In this document: one piece after another, positions 46,633 through 58,074 of the stretch | Layout: each line of letters begins with the position of its first letter | Numbering within the stretch: the first letter of the stretch is position 1 | NCBI GenBank assembly: GCA_002269645.1 | Contig: NIVC01000294.1 | Span: 66,623 to 130,622 of the forward strand | DNA length: 64,000 nt | Origin: Macrostomum lignano | Taxonomy: Eukaryota | Reading direction: 5' to 3' | Notes under the pieces: model-generated | Told to the model about the DNA's origin: nothing | Databases searched by the model: none | Seen by the model: only the letters and a program-made list of their open reading frames with translations | Made by a program: the position numbers and the translations under genes

Positions 46633-47508
46633 TGTTGTAGGACTCTTGGCTTTCTGTCTAAGAATCTCACTGCTGCAACCAAAATCTGTTGTAAGGGGGG
46701 GGGGTCGAGGGTTATTGGAAATTTTCAGGGTTTCCTTAGAATTCGGGGCGAACTTCGCAATTTATACTACTAGCAGGAGTAAGCCGTAGGTTGCTCCTGG
46801 TGGCGTGGTGTGTCCGAGCGGCAAGACACAGTTTCTATTCAGTCCGGGGGAATTGGATGGGGGGTAAAGGGCTTCGCGGTGGATTAGAGTTGCCTGGCGC
46901 GCTAGTGGGGAATTCTAGTGCTTAATAGGGAATGCTGGCGGGGAAGGTAGGCTGCTTCATTGGGAATTACGTGGCGGAATTAGGAGTCTAATATTAAGGG
47001 AAAATTAGCCGGGGCGGCTTGGCAATCACTATGTCTAGGGAAGCGCGGGAAGGGTTTCTTGGGACTATTGTACGTCCGAGAAGAGGGGGGGGGGTTTGAG
47101 TGGGTTTGGATCGCTCTGGGGAGCGCTCGAGGGGAAGGGAGTGGCTGTACGCCTCTATCGTACGCTTCTCTGAGAAAAGGAAAGAAAGCTGATGAATCTA
47201 AGTTCTATTTTTAGCACAACTGTTCATCTAGTGCTCGAGAACAGGAAAGAAGCTTGCATATACCAAGCCCGTCGGAAGGAGATGCTTTTCTACCGTATAT
47301 TTTAGCTCGCTTTTATAGTAAATTTTGCCATCATGGCGTATACATTATAACAATAATATTTCGGTTTTAGCACTACAGACATGCATATATATAAAAATAG
47401 TGCTCAATGCAAAGTAATTGAATTTATGGAAATAATTGTATAGACTGAATAAGAATATAGGAGAAATAATGCGCGTAAATTACGTAGGCACGAGCTAAGG
47501 CTGTTACA
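46633..47508 (-). repeat. 5' LTR of element 1 (876 bp)
   Basis: Direct repeat of 38319-39193. Confidence 0.96.
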
Positions 47509-48237
47509 AAAAGATAATCAAGCTTATTAATATAATGATTAGCACTTACCTTATTAACTATATAGGTATATTTAAAATTATATTTTAGTTTTTTACAGAG
47601 CTAATCAGAATAGACCACACTCCAGATCATATAGTATGTACCCAAAAATGTGTGTATATATTGGCCTTGCATGCCAAAAGTTGGTATGAAGGATTCCTAA
47701 TAAATAATGTATGCACACCTGGTAAGCACTTCATAGAATCATGCAAAAAATTAGCATAGAAGTTCATTTGAACTTTAGTATAAATTCTTAGCTTTCTACT
47801 TTTTAAGCTCATAAATAGCATTTGAAAAATTTTTTGTGTATATCAATTTTTTACTGAAGATAGTATAGGCAAGAAAGAAAGATACAAAAGCAACCAAATT
47901 ATTTGCCAAAAAAAATTCTTTATATAACACAAAAAGGTCATTTACTGTTGTAATGCAAAAAGGCCATTTATTGTGGCAGCATTAGCATAGATTTGAGAAT
48001 TTAGACATGTACTATTTTTTGTATACATTTATAACTATTTAATTTTTGTTTAGGCATGCACTAAGCATGATCCAGATTGGGGAAACAGGCAGAATATGAT
48101 AGGCCTAGGATACAAGGTAGGCCTAGGACACAACTAGGAAACAAACAAACAATAATATATGGAATATTCAAAATATATACAATAGTGCTATTTGAATATT
48201 TTATATTTAAATCAATGTAACAATAATACTTGAATAA

Positions 48238-49273
48238 TGAAGTGGGGGTGGAAAAGAATTGACAAAGTTGAAAGTTGGCCAGTTTTTGTGTAAACCTGGT
48301 AGCATTGCATTCGCACGAGTAAAGCCGGAAATTTTGTGTAGGCAAATCACGATGTAATCTTCTCCTTTTATTCCGACCGCCGGGGTCCTCAAGTCCTGGG
48401 GGAGGGTAGTCATACTCGTAGCGGAGCAGTTGTGTAGCGGCGCGGTCATTCAAAGCAATGAAAACACTGGAAATGTAGGCACCGTAGTTAATGTGTCGTT
48501 TTGCTGAGCTTATTACTTCCAGTAGGGTAGAGCTGCCACCACTGTAATTTACGTATTACGGAATGGATAAGTCTCGGAGCTTTTCTTTAGCTGAGGAAAC
48601 TTGGTTATTTTATGCCCCACGGGCAAAAGATTCAAGATAGGCTACGGCTTAAAGTCACCTATTAATGTATTAATATATTGAATCGATATTATTTCTTTAT
48701 TTGTTGGGATTTATTGAGCAGGATGAATAGATTATTATTACTGACGAGGATGAGCTTCGGTGGGCCGCGGTGCGACAATTAATTAAAATGAAATAAAACT
48801 AAAAGAGTAAGCAGAAGGAGTACCGAATTAAACTAACACGTCAAAATGGAGGGAAAAGTAGGTGGAGGAGGAGGAGGAGGAGGTGGAGGTGAAGGTTAAA
48901 CCAAAACACAAACAGATGCATATTTTATAAGTAAACGTGACGTAAAGTTTGCCGCTGGACCAGATTAAGGAAAGCATACGAAACGCATCTGGTCCAGCAA
49001 TGGCAGAGTAATGAAAATACATGCAATTAAATGTGGTATGCAAAAAGGCGAATGAAGGGATAGCAAGTTGGCATGGGGTGGAGATTAAAATATCCCATTG
49101 CGGGATGGGGTGCGTGACAAAATTTTCGGTAACTTGGCCCTACATGGGAAAACAAAAAAATGGCTTGCACTTATCGTAAAAGGAAAAGCACCAAATTTTG
49201 AAAGTTAATAAATGTCTATTAAATTGAATGAGTAAATAAATATTATTAAAACCAGGGGCAGCCACCTGCCATA
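48238..49273 (-). repeat. 3' LTR of element 2
   Basis: Direct repeat of 57068-58074. The terminal CA reads TA at 49272-49273, and there are several short indels relative to the other LTR. Confidence 0.93.
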
Positions 49274-49325
49274 TGCACGGGCGGGTCAGGATTTGCAAGC
49301 AAAATTACAGTACTCCTATTGTCGA

Positions 49326-50063
49326 TCACTGACGTCCGCCTTGGCTGGTGGGTGCCCGGCCGCGAGTCGGAGGGCGAGAGCTGCGGTCCTCGGTCGACGT
49401 CACGGCCGGCGTCTCACTCGGCGTCTCGCTTAGGTTCAACTGAGCGGACGAGCTCGCTACTCGGGCCACTCTGCACGGGTTATCAATGACCGGCGGGATG
49501 CCGCGTTGCCAGACATGCTCCACATATCGAGCAACAAGTGTGCAACAGGGTCCCAGCTGTGGGCCAGTGGTCTCAGCTTGCAGCCAGAGACCCGTTAGGG
49601 CCACCTCGGCCTCGAGTGCCAGGGTGGTGTCGGCGGCTGAATGCTGGCGGGCCACAATGTCCCAAGTCCGACAATCGTTAACATGTCTTGGCTCCTGGGG
49701 ATGCAGCAATTCCAGGTAAAGTAGTTCCTGGAGCATTTGGGCCGGCTCCACACTGGCCAGTGGGGCTGCTTCCAAGGCTGAGGTGCCCGACGCCTCCGAG
49801 TAGGCCTGGCTGGAGGTGCTTGACCAGGCAGATGGCGGCGTGACTTCGGGGCCGTACTCTAGCAGCCACAAGAAATCGGTGTCGTCGGCCTCCAGCGCAG
49901 GCGTGGCGTGGACTAGGTCCAGGTACTGCTCGACTCCGACGTCCGGGCTTGGGGCGGGCGCAGGAGGTGTGTGGAGCTCGGATGGCCCAGAAATTATTGG
50001 GATGTCGAACATCCGCCAGTCAGGGGTGCCAGCACTCCATGATCGGCCATGGCGACGAGACAA
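49326..50063 (-). CDS. Extra ORF of element 2 (245 codons from TTG; first in-frame ATG at codon 18), function unknown
   Basis: Uninterrupted GC-rich ORF between the integrase tail and the 3' LTR, in the same orientation as pol. Confidence 0.55.
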   Translation of the reverse strand: MSRRHGRSWSAGTPDWRMFDIPIISGPSELHTPPAPAPSPDVGVEQYLDLVHATPALEADDTDFLWLLEYGPEVTPPSAWSSTSSQAYSEASGTSALEAAPLASVEPAQMLQELLYLELLHPQEPRHVNDCRTWDIVARQHSAADTTLALEAEVALTGLWLQAETTGPQLGPCCTLVARYVEHVWQRGIPPVIDNPCRVARVASSSAQLNLSETPSETPAVTSTEDRSSRPPTRGRAPTSQGGRQ

Positions 50064-51159
50064 ATGAAGTTGAGCCCGGTCGCCGGATTAATGGATTAGT
50101 CAATTGGTCACAATCGAATGATGTCGGCTGAATATAAGTGGCAAGCCGGATAATTAACAATTAGAAAAAGAATCAGAGCCAGGGTGCGACTTATATACTC
50201 AGAATACCGTCACGCAGATGGAAATGAGGGGTCCCTAACTGGGAACAGGCCTCCACCCTGCATGCACTCTATGGTGGGCATGCATGGTGAAGGGGTGGGT
50301 GGTTAAATCCAAAAGGCTATAAAACAGATAAACGCGCGGCAGGGGTCCTGATTTGAATGAATTGGGGGCACCTAAGCGGCTCACATTAAACGGGTTGGTG
50401 GTTGGGAAAGCTGAACATCGCGTTAAACATTAAATAGAAAAATAGATAGAAAGAGGGAGCAATTGTGGCTCCTTATAGCTAAGATAATATAGTATAAGTA
50501 AGTTAGTGACCAAAATTGTCAAACTGGTGGGCTCAACAAGGAGTTACAGGAAAACAAGAGCAAACGACTGGCACTGGGAGAGGGGAAACAAAAGTCAGCC
50601 CTCACAAAATTTTCCCAGGCTCGAACTAAATTGAACAAAGAAAACAGGGGTCGAGTCACCTCAAAAGGCCTCCACTGAGGACAAGGCCTAGTTGGAAAAC
50701 TGGGGCTCTTGACCTAGGTGGGGCAAATGACAGTTTGGCCCTTAGGCAGTGGGCACACAAATAGAAGAGAGGGACCTTCAGCATGAAACTAACTGCAAAG
50801 TTTGCAAAAATTAGTTGCTTTTCTCCGAAAGGCTTAAGGCAAGAAAATTGGGACACTTCTGCACTTTGATCGCGTGCAAGAAGTTTATAGCAAATGGGGA
50901 GGCGCAAAATTAGATGAGAATGCAATTAAGCAATGATTTTATAGTATCACATTGAATAAAAATTTAACGCATTGATTAAATAAGTTGCATTAGCGCAGGC
51001 TTTACTGCAGCAAAGGGAGAAATATGAAGAGCAGAAGTGCTGATTAATGAACCGCGTTGGATAATAGCAAATTATACAGGTGCTCAAATGATTTGCACGT
51101 ATACAAATTATACGTGCTCATGCGGAGGTTCGTACATGAGCACGAAACTGATCAAATAC

Positions 51160-51417
51160 ACACTGCTTTTACCTGAAAGCATAAGGAAAATGAGAATTGC
51201 TTTTAACCCTGAAGCATAAGGAAAGTACATTGAAATTAAAATTTGATGCCTGCTTTTACCTAAAAGCATAAGGAAAATGAGAATTGCTTTTAACCCTGAA
51301 GCATAAGGAAAGTACATTGAAATTAAAATTTGACGCCTGCTTTTACCTGAAAGCATAAGGAAAATGAGAATTGCTTTTAACCCTGAAGCATAAGGAAAGT
51401 ACATTGAAATTAAAATA
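51160..51417. repeat. Three 87-bp tandem repeats in the 3' non-coding region of element 2
   Basis: The unit ctgcttttacctgaaagcataaggaaaatgagaattgcttttaaccctgaagcataaggaaagtacattgaaattaaaatttgatgc is itself two related halves. Confidence 0.9.
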
Positions 51418-51559
51418 TAAAAAAACCGCTTTTAGCACAGAGCAGGTGCAGAGAAAGCTTACGGCAAAATTAAAAAAATTGGAATCCGTTTGCAAAATCA
51501 ACTACTAATAGTAACGTGCATCAAAAGTTAGCAACTTGGCGCGACATAAAATGCATTGG

Positions 51560-54500
51560 TAATTACCTTTCAAACTTCAATCTCCGCACCGATATCAGGC
51601 AAATCCGGGTCGCCTTTGGGCAGCACTTCCGGATGGTGGAGGCTTGGCTCGAACAATTGGCTGCCGCGCATGTCAGGCTAAGCTGCGGCTGGTTGTTCAG
51701 GAGTGGGCTGATTGGCTGGGTCGACTTCGCTGTCGTCGCTCGACTCGTAGGGCAACATTGGCCGCTTGGTTTGGCGCGGCGGCGCCTGCGGTCGATTTAC
51801 CATCATTTGCGGCACTTTGATGATGTTGTTGCAGTGCACCAACATCTCAGCGGGGTGTCCTCAACGGGCTGTCGCTGGCTGGATCCAATAGGCTACTTCG
51901 CCGACCTTTCTGTTGACTTTGTACAAGCTCTTGTATGGCCAGTGAAACCTTGGCAGCTCTCCCAATTTGAGCTTCGGGTTGGCCAGGCAGACCAGGTCTC
52001 CAGGCTGCAGTTCCATGGGCTTAGGCCGGTTTTCATAGTACTCTTTGCGGCGTTAAATCTCAGCTCGCAATCGCTGTCGTACAATTCTTTTGATCTCAGC
52101 CAGTCTGCGCTGATGCTTTGCGATGTACTCAGGGAGGTCCGGCGATACGTCCAGGCGGTCTAGGGTGTTATCAATTGGGTACCGATAGGGCACTCCGTAG
52201 ACGACGTAATGCGGCGAGAAACCCGTCGTACAGTTGACTGCAGATCGCAGGGCTGTCAAAGTGGCTGGCAACATCTTTTCCCATTGTTGGTGATCTTCCA
52301 GGAGACAAGTGAGCACTTTTTTGATGTTTTTATTGTACGATTCAGCTTGTCCGTTGGCCCAAGGCGAGTATGGCAGCATTGTCGTTTGCTGGATGCCATA
52401 GACTTCGCAGAAATGTTGAAACTCGTGCCTGGTGAACTGCTTGCCTTGATCCGAATGGATCCATGCAGGGATTCTGGTGATCGGGAAGACTTGTTCTTGG
52501 AGCCGAGTTATGATCGTCTTGGCCCGCTGATTCTTCATGGCGAAGGCAAATGGATACTTCGATGTCGTGTCGACATAGGTGAGGATGTACTTGTTGCCTC
52601 GGTCTGTCGGGTCTCCAGTGGGGCCCATGATGTCAATCACAAATTGCCCATAGATTTCGCAGACCGGAAATGATTGTACATGCACTGGGATGCGTCGCCG
52701 TCCTTTGCTCTGAGTGCAGGTCTGGCAGGAAGCGACATAGTTGGACATGGCCTTGGCCAGGGCCAGTCACTAGAACCTCTCGCGCACCTTTGCGATGGTG
52801 AGATCTCGGCCCATGTGTCCGCAGTAGGGCGAACCATGCAGGTCAGCGAATACCGTGGCATCGAGACTCTTTGGCAGGACGATCCTCGCTGTGTCCTCTT
52901 CACCAACATTGTTAAGATGGATGACTAAAAGTCCATTGTCTCGGACCTCTAGCAGTTCGTAAAATGCTAAGAGATTTTGCTCATCTCTTGTCAGATTTAA
53001 CCGCTGATTCAGCGGCGGCTTCGGTTGTCGACTTTCGATAAGGTTGATCATCATCATGCTGGCAGAATCAGCATGCTGGTGAGTCTGGAGCTCCTCACGA
53101 GTGATTGGCCTTGGGATGTGATCAGTTAGATTCAAGGCTTGGCGTCGGTTAATCAAATTAGACGGCGTGTCTTCGGCTGTGGCATCATGGTTCAGGGTCT
53201 GGAGCTCCCTCCGCACGACTGCCACTCTGGCCAGTTGCTGGGTCGTTGAAGGATTTGAAGGCCAATCCTCGTCAGTCAGTTTGGCGTCGGTGTCGTCAGC
53301 ATTGGATTCGTCAACAGATGAGAGTAAGTCAGCAGAGCTATCGGCGTCGAGGCTAAATCTCACCTTTTTGAACACAGGATGGCAAACGGGTTGGCAGCAG
53401 TCGTTGCTGGCTGCACTGTGGTCGCTGTCCCCGTCGCCTTCAGCTAGTAGATGGCGGCTCCTTGATGGGCAACATGTCGTACTGCTAAAACTGGTGGGCG
53501 ACCTCTGAGAGTCTCGCAGACGGCTGGCTGATGGCCTCGGCTTCGTTGCCGGCGGGTGCAGCACTGTCAGCGACTTGCTATCGGCTGTCAATGTTGCTGG
53601 CGGCGTAGCCTCGCCGTTGGACTCTGTTGGCTCAGGCAGGCTCCGATTCTGGTCGCAGAAGTATCCGTGTCCAGGACAAATATTACATTCGGATCTTCGC
53701 TGAACTGCGGATACGCGAGCACTGATGTCAAAGTCATAGCTGCCTTGAACTAGTCGAATGCGTCTTGCTGGGCTTTTCCCCATAGACAATTGAAATTTGA
53801 GATCTTCTTCTCCTTAATCAGATCGTGAAGCGGAGCAGCAAGTTCTGCGTAGCCAGGTACAAATTTAGCATAATAAGTGCAAGTGCAGACAAAACTTTTC
53901 AGTTGCCAAGCTGTTTTTGGTCTTGGCCAAGTTTGAATAGCTTCGATTTTTGCCGGGTCAGTCTTGATTCATCCTTTGTTACAACGTGTCCCAGATAGTT
54001 TAAACTGGTCCGAAATAGATGACATTTCTTGCCTTTAAACTTTAAATTAGCATCTTGAGTTCACTTAAATACCTCTTCATATAGAGCAGATGGTTGTTAA
54101 ATTTCTTAGAATAAACGATTACGTCATCCAGGTAGGCTATTGCGCTTTTGTAGGTAATCCCATTGAGTATAGCATTCATGAGGCGCATGAAGCTGGCTGG
54201 CGCTAAACTTAGCCCCATAGGCATGACCTTGTAGGCAAATTGTCCGCAGTGCAGCGTAGCAAAGGCAGTCAGATCCTGATCTTCTGGACGCAGCGGAATC
54301 TGATAGTAGCCGCTATTGAGGTCGAATGTGCTGAATAGCTGGCTTCGCTCAAGGCTGGCAAATGCTTCTTGGATGTTAGGAATCGGGTACGGAAAATACT
54401 CGCACTTTTGATTCAGACTCTGGAAATCTTGCACAATTCGCAGGCTGCCATCCTTCTTCGGGATGATCACCAGCAAAGTGTTGTAGCTGGAGAAGCTCGG

Positions 54501-55545
54501 TCAAATCACGCCTTTGGCCAACAGATCATCGAGTAGCTGGTCCACTTTGGGTAGCAGATGCGGCGGGATCCGGCGAGTTGGCAGATGCACCGGATTCGTG
54601 TCCTTTAGCACAATACTGTGGGTGACCAGGTGGGTTTGGCTGAGATCGTGTAGCCCCTGAGAGAAGATGGTCTTGTACTTCTTCAATAGCTCGATGACTT
54701 GAGCTCGCTGGTCACTGGACAGATCTTCCCTGATGTCAATCTCCTTGATCCAAGCATCAGGATCTTTGTCTTGGATTTGATTGACCAAGTCTTCTGGCTT
54801 CAGCAGCGGGAAGAACTGTAACTCAGGCAGTCTGATGGGTCTAGCAATCCCGACTAAGGCATTCGCTTGTACTTTGATTGATGTTGTTCCCCGATTAATC
54901 ATCTTGATAGCACCTTCTCCATTGGCCATAGATATCAGGGCAGGCGCGGCGTCCAGGTGCTGCACATCTTCTTCGCGCCGAGCCGGTTTCAACGGCTCGA
55001 TCATGGCGGGTATACCCTGGTTCTCTTGTCCTTTGGCAAGTTTAATCTTGATTCGGGCTGATGATAGCGGCGGCACGGTTGTGCTCTCAGCCGTGTAAAT
55101 TCTGGACGTTGTCGCTTCTGTTCGTGTGTAACGGAGTGGTGCAGCAGTGCCGTCCTTGAAGAATAGCATCCCAGCGGCGAGATCCAGTGAGGTGCTGTAC
55201 TTCTCCAGAAACTCGAAACCCAGGATGTTGTCATGAGATCCTTTCGCTAGCAGAAACTTGACTGTAGGCTCGAAATTCCCAATCTTCACTTTAATGGTTA
55301 ATTCTCCTGCCATCTGAATTGGTTCACCATTGTAGGTCACGATGCACTGTAGGCAGGGCTTGATTTGGCCACACAGGGTTGGGTTATCAGTACATAGGCG
55401 ATGCCAGGTGCTGAAGCCTAGGACTTCGCACTTAGAACTGGTGTCAAATAGAAAAGCAAAATAATGACAATGAATCTCACCAGTTAAAAACGGATCTATT
55501 TGAGGTCGCTTGGGTGCAAAGCTCTGTACAGGTGCGGCGGAGGCG
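51560..55545 (-). pseudogene. pol: pol of element 2, with multiple frameshifts and most of RNase H deleted
   Basis: PR FLFDTSS; RT FDLNSGYYQ and YLDD; RNase H start VLDTDTS..RIGACLSQ then lost; IN HGSPYCGH, CQTC, IDIMG, SDQG and AESYN; GPY/F-like tail. Confidence 0.9.
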
Positions 55546-55548
55546 GGC

Positions 55549-57000
55549 TCAGCAGTGGCCTGCTGAGCGACTAAAGTCTGCGGTGGGGACTTTAGTGCTG
55601 GCGCGGCTGCTAGATGGTGCTGCCCCCGATGGCACGTCCAGCCATCCCGTTTCCCAAGCTGCTGTTGTGCTGGGACGCGGTGCTAGCCGACCGTCAGTGC
55701 GGGCATTTGTCAGCGCAATGCTCGCAGTTGCACCTGTAGCACATTGCACTTTGCCGTCGCAACTGATAGGGCAGCGGTCTTGAACTTGATTGTTGCTGCT
55801 GTTGCTGCTGCTGCAGCTGCTGCTGCAGCTATTGCTGTCAACGTTGACCTCCTGCTGGCGGGTTCTCGGTGGCGGGTTGCTGCCGTCTTTTGGTTGCTGA
55901 AGTCGCTGGAACTGGTCGTGCGGCACAGTTCTTTTTGCTGGGCGTTGTAAATTTGGCACTTCCGTCGGCACTGCGGCGAGGTGTCGGATGTACTAGACAT
56001 CTAGAGCGTTGGTCCTACGAGTCCCACGACTGGTGTCAAGGTTCCCATGGCTCCGGGGTGTCGTTGTTGCGCGATCCCCGCGAGTAGAACTCTCGCATCG
56101 GATTACTCAAAGTTTCAAGTAGGCGTCGCTGCTCTTGCTGTGTCTCAGCTTGTTCCATGACTTCTCGCAACCAGTTTTCCTTGGGCCGAGATGACTTGTC
56201 GTGTTGCACTACAGTGGGCATCTGATCATTGTCATCCTCAAGAACCCGGACGTGTCTCACTGCTGGCGGCAGTGCTATACGCTGAGCCATGCTAGCTGCT
56301 GTCTCCAGGCGTAGCACGGCCCGTCTCGCTGCGATCAGATTTGGGGGTTGCACCAGGATTAGCTGTTCTCGGGCCAACTGAGCAATCCGCACTCCCACAG
56401 TGAACTGATCCACCAGTTCAACCTGCTTCTGAACTGGGGTAAAATGCGGGAACGCTCAATCGGCCAAAGCAATTAGTTGGTCGCCGTAGTTGTCCACACT
56501 CTCGTTCTTGCCTTGCTGGCAGCTTCGAAATTGCTCCCGGTACTCCAGCGTGTCGGCAACATGTGTAAAACGCTTAGACAATTGTTGTTTGAACTCACCA
56601 AACGTTAGGTTGTCTGGCAGCTCCATCCTGACAACTGCAGGGTAGGCTGTGGCGATGTCCAGATTCACGAGGACCTCTGCCTTCTTTTGTCTGTCGTCAT
56701 TGATCCCGTTGAGCTTGCATCGCTCTTTGAGAGCCTTGATCCAGATGTCAAATTTCTGGTTGGGCGTGTACCACTGGATCTTGACTGGTTTTGGCGCTGG
56801 AGCTCGATCCTGCTGCTGGGCTGCTGGCACACATAGTGATGGTGTTGCAGCTGGCCCAGGCTAGTCTGCTCCAGTCTCCGGTGCACCTCATCGGTCACTG
56901 CACAAATCATCTTGTCATAGGTCGGTCTAGTAGTTGAGTTGTCGGGGCCTGCGGCGTCGGCTGTTGCATCTGCGGCCGTTGGATCATTAGTTGAAGCCAT
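55549..57000 (-). pseudogene. gag: gag of element 2 (frameshifted)
   Basis: ATG at 57000 (MASTNDP...). VKIQWYTPNQKFDIWIKALKERC...YREQFRSCQQGKNESVDNYGDQLIALA is homologous to element 1 gag. Confidence 0.85.
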
Positions 57001-57045
57001 AGTGTAGCATTTGAACGACTCGTTGAAAGGGTTTTGGCGTTTCGT

Positions 57046-57066
57046 AATCCCACTTAGCTGACACCA
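57046..57066 (-). promoter_or_regulatory. Primer-binding site, tRNA-Leu(CAG/CAA)-type
   Basis: TGGTGTCAG(CT)AAGTGGGATT matches the complement of the tRNA-Leu 3' end GAAUCCCACUUCUGACACCA, with a 2-nt insertion. Confidence 0.8.
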
Positions 57067-57067
57067 G

Positions 57068-58074
57068 TGAGGTGGGGGTGGAGAAGAATTGACAAAGTTG
57101 AAAGTTGGCCGGTTTTCGTGTAAACCCGGTAGCATTGCATTCGCACAAGTAAAGCCAGAAATTTTGCGCAGGCGAATCACAACGTAATCTTCTCCTTTTA
57201 CTCCAACAGCCGGGGTCCCCAAGTCCAGGGGAGGGTAGTCATACTCGTAGCAGAGTGGTTGTGTAGCGGCGCGGTCGTTCAAAGCGATGAAAACACTGGA
57301 AATGTAGGCACCGTAGTTAATGTGTCGTTTTGCTGAGCTTATTACTTCCAGTAGGGTAGAGCTGCCACCACTGTAATTTACGTATTACGGAATGGATCTT
57401 TTCTTTAGCTGAGGAAACTTGGTTATTTTATGCCCCACGGGCAAAAGATTCAAGATAGGCTACGGCTTAAAGTCACCTTAATGTATTAATAAATTGAATC
57501 GATATTATTTCTTTATTTGTTGGGATTTATTGAGCAGGATGAATAGATTATTATTATGAGGATGAGCTTCGGTGGGCCCGGTGCGACAATTAATTAAAAT
57601 GAAATAAAACTAAAAGAGTAAGCAGAAGGAGTACCGAATTAAACTAACACGTCAAAATGGAGGGAAAAGTAGGTGGAGGAGGAGGAGGAGGAGGTGGAGG
57701 TGGAGGTTAAACCAAAACACAAACAGATGCACATTTTATAAGTAAACGTGACGTAAAGTTTGCCTGGACCAGATTAAGGAAAGCATACGCGTCTGGTCCA
57801 GCATGGCAGAGTAATGAAAATACATGCAATTAAATGTGGTATGCAAAAAGGAATGAAGGGATAGCAAGTTGGCATGGGGTGGAGATTAAAATATCCCATT
57901 GCGGGATGGGGTGCGTGACAAAATTTTCGGTAACTTGGCCCTACATGGGAAAACAAAAAAATGGCTTGCACTTATCGTAAAAGGAAAAGCACCAAATTTT
58001 GAAAGTTAATAAATGTCTATTAAATTGAATGAGTAAATAAATATTATTTAAACCAGGGGCAGCCACCTGCCACA
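57068..58074 (-). repeat. 5' LTR of element 2 (1007 bp)
   Basis: TG...CA termini, directly adjacent to the PBS. Confidence 0.93.

Larger units (their letters stand above)
38319..47508 (-). mobile_element. Full-length Ty3/Gypsy LTR retrotransposon 1 (~9.2 kb) with an extra ORF
   Basis: Near-identical TG...CA LTRs, 4-bp TSD AAAA (38315-38318 / 47509-47512), PBS, PPT, and gag followed by PR-RT-RNH-IN. Confidence 0.97.
48238..58074 (-). mobile_element. Full-length but decayed Ty3/Gypsy LTR retrotransposon 2 (~9.8 kb) with an extra ORF
   Basis: About 1-kb LTRs (48238-49273, 57068-58074), 4-bp TSD ATAA (48234-48237 / 58075-58078), PBS, and frameshifted gag-pol whose gag resembles that of element 1. 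Confidence 0.95.

Noticed and set aside
51516-52163. 215-aa plus-strand ORF and other antisense ORFs within the LTR elements
   Set aside because: They are antisense to the integrase and pol coding sequence, which is expected in GC-rich coding DNA.
56665-57282. 205-aa ORF starting inside the 5' LTR of element 2 (and 48061-48453 in the 3' LTR) as a separate gene
   Set aside because: It starts at TTG and runs through U5/PBS into the gag N-terminus (ATG 57000). The other LTR copy diverges by frameshift, so it is incidental.
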